A stretch of 64,000 nucleotides of DNA from the NCBI GenBank assembly GCA_963804955.1, contig CAWDSQ010000020.1, positions 160,001 to 224,000 on the forward strand, written 5' to 3'. Every line of letters starts with the position of its first letter. Position 1 is the first letter of the stretch. The notes beneath the pieces were generated by a model that searched no databases, was not told where the DNA came from, and worked only from the letters and a program-made list of their open reading frames with translations. Source of the stretch: an uncultured delta proteobacterium (GTDB taxonomy: Bacteria > Desulfobacterota > WTBG01 > CAIYCZ01 > CAIRTM01). The position numbers and the translations under genes are program-made. Positions 1-14,292 of the stretch are shown here, one piece after another.

Positions 1-2
1 AA

Positions 3-44
3 GGCTATACGACGGTTGTTGCCGCCGCTGTGTTTATTTTATAG
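3..44 (+). CDS. 3' end of a gene entering from the left edge, possibly pyruvoyl-dependent arginine decarboxylase (partial)
   Basis: Frame 3 reads GYTTVVAAAVFIL*, resembling the TTVVAAAVF C-terminus of PdaD-family proteins; only 13 residues are visible. Confidence 0.4.
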   Translation, partial: GYTTVVAAAVFIL

Positions 45-283
45 TCAGCAGGGACGCACCGTGCGCACAGGGAAATTTTTTGTGCTGCTGTGCTTTGTTT
101 AAAAGGCATGCATCCTTTATAGCCCCTGCCCTTTTGCTTTTCGGTGATCATATACGGCGTTTCGGTTTCCTGTTTTTTTACCAGCTTGACACCCGTTTAT
201 GGCTTCGAAATACATGCAGTAAACACGAAAGGTACTGCTCTCATGGTCCTATTCGTTAAGGAAAAGTAAATTGACCCCGTTGA

Positions 284-1624
<1,341 letters not shown>

Positions 1625-1728
1625 GCAGCACCTGTCCATCAGGCTATGAAACGTGTCGCGGGGTATTTATGTGTCGAAATGACTGCGGCACGCAAATCCC
1701 CCGTTTTATATTTTAAAAAGGGCATGCC

Positions 1729-1863
1729 ATAAAAAACAGAAAGTTTGAAGAACTGTTTAGCGCCGGAAATTCAAAAATAGTATTTTTAATTATGGACGGA
1801 CTCGGCGGGGTTGAAAACGACGATCAGGGCGGCACTGAACTGCACGTCGGACACAAGCCATAA
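1729..1863 (+). pseudogene. apgM: N-terminal remnant of ApgM-type cofactor-independent phosphoglycerate mutase
   Basis: Reads (ATA)KNRKFEELFSAGNSKIVFLIMDGLGGVENDDQGGTELHVGHKP*; KIVxLxMDGLGG...GxTEL matches the ApgM N-terminus; start codon appears as ATA; stops after 44 codons. Confidence 0.7.
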
Positions 1864-1877
1864 AAAAAAGCACGTGA

Positions 1878-3902
<2,025 letters not shown>

Positions 3903-3922
3903 TTTTACTGCCTGCCGCTGTA

Positions 3923-4849
3923 TCAACCACGGTACAGTTCAACCCGGTTTCTTCCGGCATTTTTTGCGCTGTAGAGAGCTTCGTCGGCAAAACGTATTAT
4001 ATCTGTATGTGTTTGTGGTCTGTTTTCCGGAAGAGAGGCAACGCCCAGGCTCACGGTTACCTTTATACTGTTTCCCTCAAATTGAAAATCGGTTTCATCT
4101 ACACTTCTTCGCAGCCGTTCACTGAATGTAGCAGCATTTTCAATCGTTGTGTGCGGCAAAATAAGGGCAAACTCCTCACCTCCGTAGCGAGCGGCTACGT
4201 CAACATCCCGGATGCTGGCTAAAATTATTTCTGCAAGTTTTTTCAGTATTTCATCGCCTGCCTGATGCCCGTAGGTGTCATTGATTTTTTTAAAAAAATC
4301 TATATCCATCAAGACGCAGCTGAGGGCAAGCCCGTACCTTTTAGACCTGCTGAACTCTTCAACGATGCGATCATGAAAATACCGGTGATTATATAAATTG
4401 GTAAGGCCGTCTTTTTTAACCAGCTCTTCAAGGAGCTTATTTTTCTCCTGGAGCTCATCCCAGAGAGTTTTCATTTTTATCTGCGTCGCCACGCGGGCCT
4501 GCAGCTCTTCATGATCATAGGGCTTTTGTATATAATCGGCAGCGCCGAGTTCAAGCCCCTTTACTTTATCAACGATTTCAGCCCTGCTGGTAACCATGAT
4601 TATGGGAATATCTTTAGTTTCAACCTCGGCCTTCAAGCAGCGGCAGACTTCATACCCGTCTATTTCAGGCATCATGACATCAAGGAGAATGACATGCGGT
4701 TTGAATGATTTAGCGGATTCAATACCTTCTAAGCCGCTGGTAGCAGTTTCAACAGAATGCCCTTTCTTGGTCAGCAGCATGCTTGCCAGGCGTTTTATGA
4801 CTGCGTTATCGTCTATTACCAGAACTCTGCCGGTCTGTTCAGTAGCCAT
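3923..4849 (-). CDS. Response-regulator diguanylate cyclase (REC-GGDEF, WspR/PleD-like)
   Basis: REC domain (VIDD, LLDVMMP, KP) followed by DGLTNLYN, RDVD I-site and GGEEF active site; start may be 4858. Confidence 0.95.
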   Translation of the reverse strand: MATEQTGRVLVIDDNAVIKRLASMLLTKKGHSVETATSGLEGIESAKSFKPHVILLDVMMPEIDGYEVCRCLKAEVETKDIPIIMVTSRAEIVDKVKGLELGAADYIQKPYDHEELQARVATQIKMKTLWDELQEKNKLLEELVKKDGLTNLYNHRYFHDRIVEEFSRSKRYGLALSCVLMDIDFFKKINDTYGHQAGDEILKKLAEIILASIRDVDVAARYGGEEFALILPHTTIENAATFSERLRRSVDETDFQFEGNSIKVTVSLGVASLPENRPQTHTDIIRFADEALYSAKNAGRNRVELYRG

Positions 4850-4881
4850 GCATACCATCCATGAATCTTGCGCGCAGCTAA

Positions 4882-5985
4882 TCAGGATACGTGTATAAGC
4901 CTGTAGCGTCTCGTCCCAATTTGCAGCTGCTCGGCATACTCAAGCTGCACTTCCCAGTCAACAGAGGGATAGAGACCTCGAAACTTATCCTGATCGGGCT
5001 TGTGGTTTTTCATTAAAGCTGAATTCGCAGTGCCCTGTTGACTATTTACAAGATCTGCTGATGCCTGATCAATTGCAACAGGGTCAGTAGATGCAAGAAT
5101 GCCGATATCGGGAACAATACTCAGATCAGAATGCCCGTAACAGTCGCATTGCGGGCTGATATCAGTCAGGAAATTAATAAACAGCATATTTTTATTTATC
5201 GAAACTCCCAGAGCATATTCAACCATTTTTTCCTGAAAAAGACGGTTGTTTTCGTTCCAGCTGATTTTAACGGCTCCCTGCGGGCAAACGGTTATACATT
5301 TGGCGCAGCCGATGCAGGCAACGGTATTGATAAGGGCTTTTTTTCTTCTGTAGCCAATAGCCTGAACCGGACATTGATCCATACACCGGCCGCAGCCCGT
5401 GCATTCTTTCCGTTCTATGGCCGGACTGATATCGGTATGCTGCTTCATTTTTCCCTCTCGCGATGCGCAGCCCATGCCGAGATTTTTTAATGCACCGCCA
5501 AACCCGGACAACTCATGGCCTTTAAAATGAGTTACACATACCAGGGCATCGGCATTGGTTATTGCCGAACCGATCAGCACCTCCTTGAAGTGTTTAGCCT
5601 GTATGGCAACGCGCGTTTCATCTGTGCCGCGCAGCCCGTCGGCAATGACAACAGGTGCAGCCATAGCGGTAAAATTAAAACCATGAACAAGTGCAATGGC
5701 CACATGAGACACGGCCTCACTGCGTTCCCCCCGATAAAGAGTATTGGTATCAGTCAAAAAAGGTTTGGCGCCGAGGGCTGTAATGGAATCGATGATGTCC
5801 CGTATAAAGATCGGACGGATAAAAGCGGAATTCCCTTTTTCTCCAAAATGCAATTTAACTGCGGTCAGATTGTTTTCGTGAACGACAGAAGTGATGCCGG
5901 CCTGAACCAGCAATGCGCGTATTTTATCCGACATAGTACGGGCAGGCTTGGCTCGCAGATCGGCAAAATAGACTTTTGCATTCAT
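4882..5985 (-). CDS. DUF362 domain Fe-S protein with 2x[4Fe-4S] ferredoxin domain
   Basis: KLHFGEKGN, HFKGHE, CTGCGRCMDQCP and CIGCAKCITVCP. Confidence 0.9.
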   Translation of the reverse strand: MNAKVYFADLRAKPARTMSDKIRALLVQAGITSVVHENNLTAVKLHFGEKGNSAFIRPIFIRDIIDSITALGAKPFLTDTNTLYRGERSEAVSHVAIALVHGFNFTAMAAPVVIADGLRGTDETRVAIQAKHFKEVLIGSAITNADALVCVTHFKGHELSGFGGALKNLGMGCASREGKMKQHTDISPAIERKECTGCGRCMDQCPVQAIGYRRKKALINTVACIGCAKCITVCPQGAVKISWNENNRLFQEKMVEYALGVSINKNMLFINFLTDISPQCDCYGHSDLSIVPDIGILASTDPVAIDQASADLVNSQQGTANSALMKNHKPDQDKFRGLYPSVDWEVQLEYAEQLQIGTRRYRLIHVS

Positions 5986-5990
5986 CCCTT

Positions 5991-8160
5991 TTAATACCCG
6001 GATGCTTTGGGTGAGTTTCCAAGACCTTTAAGGTAGAATTTGTAATTAAATATAGTCTCGGATTTTCTGCCGTTACTAGCGCCACGGGTTTCAATTGATA
6101 ACTGGCTTCCCCAGCACTGTGAAAAATAGTCAAATCCAACCTCTGAGTCAAGCTTGTCATCACGATTGTTATTATAGCGCACGGAAAAAAAGGCGAACAG
6201 CGGCGTCAGCAGTTTGAATCGTCCGCGGAGCCGATACCCTTCGTAACGCTGCCATTCATAGACATAGCCGACGTCAAAGTACTCATCAAACTGATTGCTC
6301 CAGGTCAGTAATGCTTTGTAGTAGCGGAGCCGGTCCTCGGAGTGCATATATGCCGTCTTTGTACGGAAATATAACGATCGGGCAAGATTTATCCGAAGAT
6401 CTGCAAAAACATCGGAATAGCTTTTATCGGGGTCACCCTCAGTATACAATATATCATTGGGATGAATAATATTGTACGATTGACCGATCAGGAAATAGCC
6501 CAGTTCGTCTTCCTCATAGTCCCCTGTTGGCGTGTTGAAGAGGCCTGCAATACGATTTTTGAGATAATAGCCAACGCGGTGAACCCTGTAGAAATTTTCA
6601 GGAACATCGAAATACGGGGTTTCGTCCTGGTCGTCATTGGCGGTATATTGATAGAAAAGCGTCGGTGATATCGTATGCCGCATTTTTTGCAGAACTTTAC
6701 CGTCAATGGAAAAGACGCGGACAAAATCCGCAGACAGCTTTGAATCAACCGTTGGGAAAACGACAGAATCATTGGCCCCGTCATCGTTTTTTAACCCCTG
6801 GTATGATACAGCACGCACACCGACTTCCGTATCAAGCTTCAGCCATCCATCACGACACAGTGGCAGGGAAATCTTAGGATACATATCAAAGCGATTGCCC
6901 TTGGTGCCTTCCTGCCGGTAAAAATAGTCGTATGCCGTATCAAACTGGTAAAAAAGCGGTGAGCTGGCCAGAGGCAGCCGCATGGTAGAGAAGGCAACCT
7001 GAGGCAGAGGTTGTGAAATGGAGCGGTCGGAATTGTTCAAATTTCTATAGTACTCTGTTTTAAGAAGCAGGTTGCTGGATTCCCAGTTCTTGTTGAAAAA
7101 AATGAGTGATTCATCATACGCCTTGGAGCCTATGTTTACTTTATCTTCAATTTCGGTTTTTGAACGCCGAACCTCCTGTCTGTAATCATCATAAAACTCC
7201 CTGTCCGTAACATATGAACCCTGCGCCTTGACATACGCATCCTGATTGAAATAATGTTCACCTTCAAAATTGAGATAACCGCGCTCGCTGCTTTCGGCTC
7301 TGGGGGTCGCTGTATTCGTCGTCAAAATAGTTGCTGCTTTCATCAGCGAAATACCCGTTCACTTTCCCCCAGGAGTCCTCCTTTAGCTTAAATCGGTATT
7401 CGAGGCCGGTTCCAAGGCCTTTTTTTGACGCAGCATCCAGCCATATGGTGGAATCGGTATTTTCTGACATGGCCCAGTAAAAAGAGTTGTTGACTTCAAC
7501 TCCCTTGCGGGATGACTGGGAGATTTCAGGAAACAAAAATCCGCTCTGGCGGGTTGTCTTAACCGGAACAACAGCAAAAGGCAGATAGGCGACCGGGATT
7601 TTTTTTATTCGAAACACACTACCCTCAACCGTTGCGTAGCCGTCTATCGTGACATTAATTTTCTTGGCATCAATGCGCCAGGGAGGAGCCTCTGAATCGC
7701 AGGTCGTAATGGTGCCCTGCTTGATCTCATAGGTATTGGCTCCGAGCTTTGAAATATCCTTACCGGTAATGTGTAAATTGTCCTGCTTAACAAAAAGAAC
7801 CGCATTTTCAACATGGCCCATCTGGGTATCAAGATTAATGTTGAAGGAATCGCAGGACAGAATATCGCCGTTTTCATTCAGCTCAACGTGACCTTTGGCT
7901 TCCGTATCCTTTGTTTCAATATTAATTTTAACATAATCAGCTTTCAGGAGCCGGCTGCCCTGCTCGATTTCAACATTGCCTTTGGCTGTGAGGTTTTCTC
8001 CCTTATTGTCATAGCTGAGCTGTACAGCTTTAATATTGATTGGAAGAGTATCATTATCTGACTTTTCCGGGCCGAAGAGTTTAGTGGCGGCTGCTGCCCC
8101 GCCTGAGGAAATAACCAAAAAAAGAATTGTTGCACAACAATACGCTGCAAGTTTTTTCAT
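5991..8160 (-). CDS. lptD: LPS-assembly outer-membrane protein LptD, split by one extra base (probable sequencing error)
   Basis: Signal peptide, OstA-like N-domain, ITTC..PPW, RQSGFLFP, C-terminal SQCWG; ORFs 7264..8202 and 5991..7343 join (...YSDPRAESSERGY...) if one G of GGGGG at 7302-7306 is removed. Confidence 0.9.
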
Positions 8161-8174
8161 TTTTTTTCCTATTT

Positions 8175-9479
8175 TTACAATGCTATACGGCCTGACGCGC
8201 ACGGCGTTTTATTCAAAATTATTTCACGAAGTTCACCAACAAGAAAAAGTGATCCGGTTATGAAAACGAGATCATTTTCGCCGGCAAGACTTAGAGCTTT
8301 TTTATAGGCCAGGACTGAGTTTTCAAACCAAAATACCCTTTTCCTGTCAGAAAAGCTAATAAATTTTTCGATTGTTTCCCTGCCGGCAGCACGGTCGATT
8401 TTCGGTCTGCACACTATAATTGCATAGGCATCGGTAGTCAAGATTTTAAGCATTGTATCGATAGCTTTGTCTTCCATCGCGCCAAGGATAAAAATGCGCT
8501 TTTTATATTTCGGGTAGACGGAAAGTGCTTTTTTAAGCATTCGCCAACCCTCCGGATTATGAGCGCCATCTGCTATTACAACAGGGCATGTCCGGAGCTG
8601 TTCCAGTCTACCTGGCCATTGAACATTTTCGATACCGGCGCGAAGATCTGTATCATCGAATCGATACCCGTGTGAGCGCATAGACAGCGCACCGGCAATG
8701 GCAAGTGCGGCATTGCTCAGCTGATGATCGCCCGATAGGCCGCAGTGCATATTTTTCAGGCTAGTATGCAGCCCCGTAAAACTGAATATGTCCCGTGCGT
8801 GTTTAACAACCTTAAAATCCCTGCCCTTCATCAGCAAAGGTGCGCCTGCATCGTGGCAGCTCCTGATGAATAGCTTCTTTGCAACAGAGCTGCGCACAGC
8901 GCACACCAGCGGTATGCCCGGTTTGATGATTCCGGCCTTTTCACGGGCAATAGCTTCGATGGATTTCCCGAGATATTTTTCATGTTCCATGCTTATTGAA
9001 GTAATGATCGAGAGCCGGGGAGCAATACTGTTCGTGGCATCATATCTACCCCCCATTCCTGTTTCAATAATGACAGGATCGGCCTGACGGAGTTTGAAAT
9101 AATAAAACGCCATGGCTGTAGTGAATTCGAAAAACGTGACAGTATGCAATCCATTATTTTCGCAGATTTTTTTGATTTCAGCGGTAAGCTCAGACACAGC
9201 TTTGCGCGGTATGCAGGCATCATTAATTCTGATGCGTTCGGTGTAATCAATAAGGTGCGGCGAGGTGTACAGCCCTGCTTTATATCCGGCATGTTTGAAA
9301 ATTGACTGGAGAAAAGCGCAGGTTGATCCTTTGCCATTCGTGCCTGCAACATGAATGCAGTTGAGCGATCTATGCGGATTATCCAGCAGCGACAGGAGTT
9401 TAGTAATATTCGCAAGCCCGAGCTTTATGCCGAATTTCTGCAGGCTGAACAAATAGTCAATTGCATGGTTATAAAGCAT
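8175..9479 (-). CDS. folC: Bifunctional folylpolyglutamate/dihydrofolate synthase
   Basis: HVAGTNGKGST, YTSPHL, ETGMGGRYDATN, DGAHN. Confidence 0.97.
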   Translation of the reverse strand: MLYNHAIDYLFSLQKFGIKLGLANITKLLSLLDNPHRSLNCIHVAGTNGKGSTCAFLQSIFKHAGYKAGLYTSPHLIDYTERIRINDACIPRKAVSELTAEIKKICENNGLHTVTFFEFTTAMAFYYFKLRQADPVIIETGMGGRYDATNSIAPRLSIITSISMEHEKYLGKSIEAIAREKAGIIKPGIPLVCAVRSSVAKKLFIRSCHDAGAPLLMKGRDFKVVKHARDIFSFTGLHTSLKNMHCGLSGDHQLSNAALAIAGALSMRSHGYRFDDTDLRAGIENVQWPGRLEQLRTCPVVIADGAHNPEGWRMLKKALSVYPKYKKRIFILGAMEDKAIDTMLKILTTDAYAIIVCRPKIDRAAGRETIEKFISFSDRKRVFWFENSVLAYKKALSLAGENDLVFITGSLFLVGELREIILNKTPCASGRIAL

Positions 9480-9515
9480 AGGTGTAGCGCACTAGAATTA
9501 TACGGGCTATTTCAC

Positions 9516-9560
9516 AAAAAAAAACAGGGCAATCCTTGAGTATCGTCAGCGATTACCCTG
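9516..9560 (-). terminator. Rho-independent terminator downstream of trxA
   Basis: Minus strand CAGGGTAATC...GATTGCCCTG stem followed by a run of 9 T. Confidence 0.75.
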
Positions 9561-9708
9561 CATCTACTCAGACAGACTCAACACAGCAGCGTGCAACAGC
9601 AATTGCATTCAAGTCAGGGGGTATTGTCTTCTGAGACACAATCGCCACAGGCGATGGCACTCAGAAGAGGGCAGCTAAAGCACAGCATATTTTTTGACTT
9701 TACAGCCG

Positions 9709-10032
9709 TCAAACCACTTGCGCCAGCTTGTTTTTCAGTGCTTCTTTCGATTGAACGCCGACTATCTGTTCAACTATAGCGCCGTTTTTAAAAAGAATCA
9801 GCGTCGGAATGCCGCGAATGCCGTAACGCTCTGCGATAGCGGGATTATTATCAACATTCAGTTTTCCCACTTTCGCCTGGCCTTTGAACTCGCCTGCAAG
9901 TTCATCAATAATCGGAGCAAGCATACGGCATGGTCCGCACCATTCGGCCCAAAAGTCAACAAGTACGGGCACTGCAGACTTGAGAACTTCAGTATCAAAA
10001 TTAGCTTCAGTCAGGGTTGTTTCGTCACTCAT
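9709..10032 (-). CDS. trxA: Thioredoxin
   Basis: WCGPC active site, 107 aa, GGAGG RBS. Confidence 0.99.
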   Translation of the reverse strand: MSDETTLTEANFDTEVLKSAVPVLVDFWAEWCGPCRMLAPIIDELAGEFKGQAKVGKLNVDNNPAIAERYGIRGIPTLILFKNGAIVEQIVGVQSKEALKNKLAQVV

Positions 10033-10159
10033 AATGGCCTCCTTAAAAACGTTTGAGGTTCAGGTTTTTGAGTTTCAATGTATGGCACAATCAAAAGTTA
10101 AAATCCAGAATAAAGTAGAAAATGCAGGCCATAATGCCATATTGTCAGTTACTATTGGC

Positions 10160-10187
10160 TTGACTTTTTTTATGCCGTCGATAAGAT
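10160..10187 (+). promoter_or_regulatory. Putative sigma70 promoter for the thiolase gene
   Basis: TTGACT-N16-TAAGAT about 45 nt upstream of ATG 10233. Confidence 0.45.
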
Positions 10188-10232
10188 GTTTTTTGTTCAA
10201 TACCTACTATTTTAATTAAGGAGATAGAAGAA

Positions 10233-11414
10233 ATGAAGAAAGCTGTGATCGTTAGCGCTGCAAGAACCCCGGTCGGAAAATTTGGTGGAACCCTCAAGGA
10301 CATGCCGGCATATAAGCTCGGCTCGCTTGTAATCAGGGAAGTTATTCAGCGTGCAGCCATCAAGCCGGAACAGGTAGATGAGCTTATTTTCGGCCATGTT
10401 TTGACAACCGCTCAGGGCCAGAATCCAGCACGCCAGGCATTGTTAGATGCAGGCATTCCAAAGGAAGTGCCCGCTTTTACTATTAATAAAGTATGCGCGT
10501 CCGGCCTTAAATCCGTTGCGCTGGCCGCGCAGAGCATACGGGCTGGCGACAATGAGATTGTTATTGCTGGCGGCCAGGAAAATATGAGCGCGACCCCCTA
10601 TGCGATACCGTCTGCACGCTGGGGCGCGCGTATGAACAATGCCCAGCTCATCGACTGCATGGTCTATGATGGCGTATGGGAAAAGTCCAACGACTATCAC
10701 ATGGGCATGACAGCGGAAAATATCGCTGAAAAATACAATATCTCGCGGGAAGAACAGGATCAATTTTCACTGCAAAGTGAAAACAAGTCCGAAAAAGCCA
10801 TTAAGAGTGGCCTGTTTAAGGACGAAATTGTCCCGGTTACAATTCCCCAGCGAAAAGGAGACCCTTTAATTTTCGATACCGATGAATATCCGTCCCTGGG
10901 CACAACGATTGAAAAACTTGCCAAGCTGTCACCCGCCTTCAAAAAGAACGGCGGAACAGTGACCGCAGGTAATGCATCAGGTATTAACGATGGTGCAGCA
11001 GCCTTTGTAGTCATGTCGGAAGAGAAAGCCAAAGAGCTCGGCAAAACAATCATGGGCACGGTTATTTCTTATGCATCGGGTGGTGTTGACCCTGCTTTTA
11101 TGGGCATGGGGCCGATTCCTGCGGTGAAAAAAGCTCTCGAAAAGGCGGGCCTGAAAGTGGGCGATATCGATTACTGGGAACTGAATGAAGCATTTGCTTC
11201 ACAGGCCATTATCTGCATAAAAGAACTCGGAATCGATCCGGCAAAAGTAAACCATAACGGAGGAGCTATTTCTATCGGCCATCCGATTGGCGCAAGTGGT
11301 GCTCGCATTCTAACAACAATGCTCTATCAAATGAAGCGCATCGATGCGAAGTTGGGCGTTGCCTCGCTGTGTATCGGAGGCGGAATGGGACATGCATTGA
11401 TTATCCAGCGCTAA
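10233..11414 (+). CDS. atoB: Acetyl-CoA C-acetyltransferase (thiolase)
   Basis: [20 protein letters not shown] and CIGGG motifs. Confidence 0.95.
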   Translation: MKKAVIVSAARTPVGKFGGTLKDMPAYKLGSLVIREVIQRAAIKPEQVDELIFGHVLTTAQGQNPARQALLDAGIPKEVPAFTINKVCASGLKSVALAAQSIRAGDNEIVIAGGQENMSATPYAIPSARWGARMNNAQLIDCMVYDGVWEKSNDYHMGMTAENIAEKYNISREEQDQFSLQSENKSEKAIKSGLFKDEIVPVTIPQRKGDPLIFDTDEYPSLGTTIEKLAKLSPAFKKNGGTVTAGNASGINDGAAAFVVMSEEKAKELGKTIMGTVISYASGGVDPAFMGMGPIPAVKKALEKAGLKVGDIDYWELNEAFASQAIICIKELGIDPAKVNHNGGAISIGHPIGASGARILTTMLYQMKRIDAKLGVASLCIGGGMGHALIIQR

Positions 11415-11430
11415 CATACACTTAAACATG

Positions 11431-11472
11431 AATAAGCCCTGAATATTATCACACTATTCAGGGCTTATTTTT
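11431..11472 (+). terminator. Rho-independent terminator after the thiolase gene
   Basis: 15-bp perfect inverted repeat AATAAGCCCTGAATA/TATTCAGGGCTTATT ending in a T run. Confidence 0.85.
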
Positions 11473-11705
11473 ATATTTATGCAATAATTTTTATTTAATT
11501 ATTAATAATTTTTTTTCATTCCATCCTTCACACCTCGCTGCTTGCAGCCTGCTTTTGGGTATTTATTTAATAAATATAATGCAATATTTATTAAATATTT
11601 TTTTTAAACTCTAATAAGCTTTATGTATTTGGAAAAAGTCCGAAAACAATAATAAATCAAAAATAATTTTTTAAAAAAAAACTCAACATAAAATTCCTTT
11701 TGCCG

Positions 11706-11987
11706 ATGAAAAGATTTGTCATAAACACGTTCTTTATTTTGCTTCTTGTGCTTGTCATAGCATTGACTATTTCAGGCAAACGAGGCTTTTTGCACATGGT
11801 TGGTTTGCAGGAAGAGCTTCATGAAATAGATAAAAATAATAGTAAATTAAAGAAGGAAAATGAAAAATTGAAGTTGGAAATAATAAATTTAAAAAATAAT
11901 TTGCGTTATCTGGAAGAAATTTCCAGAAATGAATTGGGACTTGCACGGGAAGATGAACTCATTTATAGGCCGGAAAAAAAGAAATAG
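11706..11987 (+). CDS. ftsB: Septum formation initiator (FtsB/DivIC family)
   Basis: Single TM segment, coiled coil, C-terminal YLEEISRNELGLAREDELIY matching the ExxARxxLGxxxxxE motif. Confidence 0.8.
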   Translation: MKRFVINTFFILLLVLVIALTISGKRGFLHMVGLQEELHEIDKNNSKLKKENEKLKLEIINLKNNLRYLEEISRNELGLAREDELIYRPEKKK

Positions 11988-12010
11988 TTAATAAAATTTA
12001 TGAGGATACC

Positions 12011-13066
12011 ATGTTAAGCCTTTTTGCAGAAAAAAATTTAATCGGCCTAGATATTGGAACCAGTACGGTTAAGGTAGTAGAAATTGAGGAAAACAAGGGT
12101 AAATATACGCTAAAAAATATCGGGGTAGCAAAAATCCCCAGAGAAACAATCAATAATGGTGTAATTATTAATGCTGACCCCCTCGTTCAGACAATTAAAT
12201 CACTTTTTTCCTCCCTTAAAATTTCAAATAAAAATGCAGCTGTCTCAGTATCCGGGAACAATGTAATTATTAAAAAAATAAACCTTCCCATAATGACTGA
12301 AGATGAACTTGAGCCGTTAATTGAGAGTGAGGCTGAACAGTTTATTCCTTTTGATCTGGATGAAGTGAATATAGATTTTCAAATACTCGGTGTGAGTGAA
12401 GAAAATCCGGATAAAATGGATGTCATGCTTGTGGCTGCAAAGAAAGCAAATGTTCAGGATTATCTTGATGCACTCTCTGCAGCAAGCATCAAGACTAAAA
12501 TAATAGATATTGATGTTTTTGCAATGGAAAATATGTTTAATATTAATTACACTCATGATACAGAAGATATTTGTGCTTTGGTTGATATCGGAGCCACTAT
12601 TACCAATATAAATATAATAAAAGATAATTCTTCTATATTTAATAGAGACGCCCCTATGGGCGGGAATTTAATCACTGAGGAAATACAAAAGGAGCTTTTT
12701 GTGAGCTTCGAAGAGGCCGAACTGCTGAAAACCGGAGAGATTATAGAAGGTGTCGACAGGGATCTTTTAGAACAAACGATCAGAAAAACAGTTACTTCAA
12801 TAGCACGAGAAATACAGCGCACAATTGAATTTTTTGCCGGACAGTCGCTTGTTGAGATAAGTCATATTTACTTGAGTGGGGGGACAGCAAAAATACACAG
12901 CCTTAAAGATATATTACAAGAAAAAATTACAGCCCAGGTACAGATTATAGATCCGTTTCAATCAGTAAAATATGATAAGAAAGTTTTTGATGCGGACTAC
13001 CTGCAAGAGATTGCACCAATTGCTGCAATCGGTGTGGGTTTGGCTTTAAGAAAATTAGGGGACTGA
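12011..13066 (+). CDS. pilM: Type IV pilus assembly protein PilM
   Basis: IGLDIG actin-fold start, FIPFDLDEV, LSGG, VGLALR; first gene of the pilMNOPQ order. Confidence 0.97.
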   Translation: MLSLFAEKNLIGLDIGTSTVKVVEIEENKGKYTLKNIGVAKIPRETINNGVIINADPLVQTIKSLFSSLKISNKNAAVSVSGNNVIIKKINLPIMTEDELEPLIESEAEQFIPFDLDEVNIDFQILGVSEENPDKMDVMLVAAKKANVQDYLDALSAASIKTKIIDIDVFAMENMFNINYTHDTEDICALVDIGATITNINIIKDNSSIFNRDAPMGGNLITEEIQKELFVSFEEAELLKTGEIIEGVDRDLLEQTIRKTVTSIAREIQRTIEFFAGQSLVEISHIYLSGGTAKIHSLKDILQEKITAQVQIIDPFQSVKYDKKVFDADYLQEIAPIAAIGVGLALRKLGD

Positions 13067-13072
13067 TAGACG

Positions 13073-13648
13073 ATGATTAAAATTAATTTAATACCCTATC
13101 GAACCGAACGAAAGAATGAAATAATTATGCGCCAGGCAATTGCCGGCGCGGTGCCTATTGTTCTGCTGATCATCATAATGGCTGTTGTATGGCTTATAAA
13201 CAGTTCACAAATCAGCGCACAAGAAGATGAAATAGTGCAAATTAAAACTAAAATTGAAGCCTGTACACTGCAAATGAAGGAGATTGATTCCTTTAAAAGC
13301 AAAAAGGAAGTTCTTACAAAAAAAATGGATGTAATTACCAATCTTACAAAAGGCAAAGATGGCCCCGTACATTTAATGGACGAACTGGCTATGGCAGTTC
13401 CAGGCAATCTATGGCTTACAGCTATCAAGCAGAAGGGGGCCGATCTTATACTGGAGGGAAAAGCGATTGATAATATTGCGGTATCCAATTACATGATCAA
13501 TTTGGAAAAATCACTCTATATCAGCAATGTTGATCTCAAATCTATTACCATGGAAGCAGCTGGTAAGGCTAAGACGGGAAAAAATGCTCCTCTTAAACTA
13601 TTTATTATTACCTGCAAAACATCAAATACACCTGAGAAGACAGGTTGA
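13073..13648 (+). CDS. pilN: Type IV pilus assembly protein PilN
   Basis: N-terminal INLIP motif, TM segment, coiled coil. Confidence 0.95.
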   Translation: MIKINLIPYRTERKNEIIMRQAIAGAVPIVLLIIIMAVVWLINSSQISAQEDEIVQIKTKIEACTLQMKEIDSFKSKKEVLTKKMDVITNLTKGKDGPVHLMDELAMAVPGNLWLTAIKQKGADLILEGKAIDNIAVSNYMINLEKSLYISNVDLKSITMEAAGKAKTGKNAPLKLFIITCKTSNTPEKTG

Positions 13649-13656
13649 GGCCTATT

Positions 13657-14292
13657 ATGCCAAACACAGCTCTCAATAAAATAATTAAACTGCCTAATTC
13701 ACAAAAAATCGTTATGCTCTTATTACTGCTGGCTGCGATGATTGCAGGCTTTGTGTATTATGTTTTTATTCCTCAGAGAGATTATTATAAAAGCCTAAAA
13801 GAAGAGATGCTCAAGCTCCAGACAAAATATAATGAGCAGCAAAGCATACTTGCAAATTTACCAAGATTTCAGCAGGAATTAAAAATGCTTCAGTCGGCTT
13901 TTGAAGATGCTCTCAAAATGCTGCCCAATGCCCGGGAAATTCCAAATCTTATTACAAGTATTTCAACGAACGCACAGGAAGCAGGCCTTGAGATAATTTT
14001 GTTTCAACCAAAGCCCGAAGTTTCAATGGATTTTTATGCTCAGATACCTGTTCAAATGAAAGTAACAGGCAGATATCCTCAAATAGGGGTATTCTTTGAT
14101 AAACTTTCAAAATTGCCCAGGATCATTAATATTGAAGATTTGCAAATTTTAAGAAAACAGACAAAACAAACAAAAAGTACCGCATCAATAGTGCTTGAGG
14201 GATCTTTTAATGCGACGACATTTAAATTCATAGAAAAAACAGGGGAACCTGATGCTGGAAAAAAACTTAAAAAAGACAAAAAGAAGAAGTAA
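13657..14292 (+). CDS. pilO: Type IV pilus assembly protein PilO
   Basis: TM segment, coiled coil, LPNAREIP, LPRII; position in operon. Confidence 0.95.
   Translation: MPNTALNKIIKLPNSQKIVMLLLLLAAMIAGFVYYVFIPQRDYYKSLKEEMLKLQTKYNEQQSILANLPRFQQELKMLQSAFEDALKMLPNAREIPNLITSISTNAQEAGLEIILFQPKPEVSMDFYAQIPVQMKVTGRYPQIGVFFDKLSKLPRIINIEDLQILRKQTKQTKSTASIVLEGSFNATTFKFIEKTGEPDAGKKLKKDKKKK

Noticed and set aside
7290..7320. Phase variation or programmed frameshift in lptD and the other split genes
   Set aside because: Homopolymers are only 3-5 nt, no slippery heptamer is evident, and the uniform +1 pattern fits sequencing error better
9512..9688. Minus-strand frame with 12 Cys and two in-frame TGA codons (possible selenopeptide)
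   Set aside because: No RBS, no recognisable SECIS, and it runs through the terminator; explained by the GCA/ACA-rich opposite strand
9560..9710. Possible 6S RNA
   Set aside because: Outer pairing is weak and there is no convincing central bubble or typical gene context
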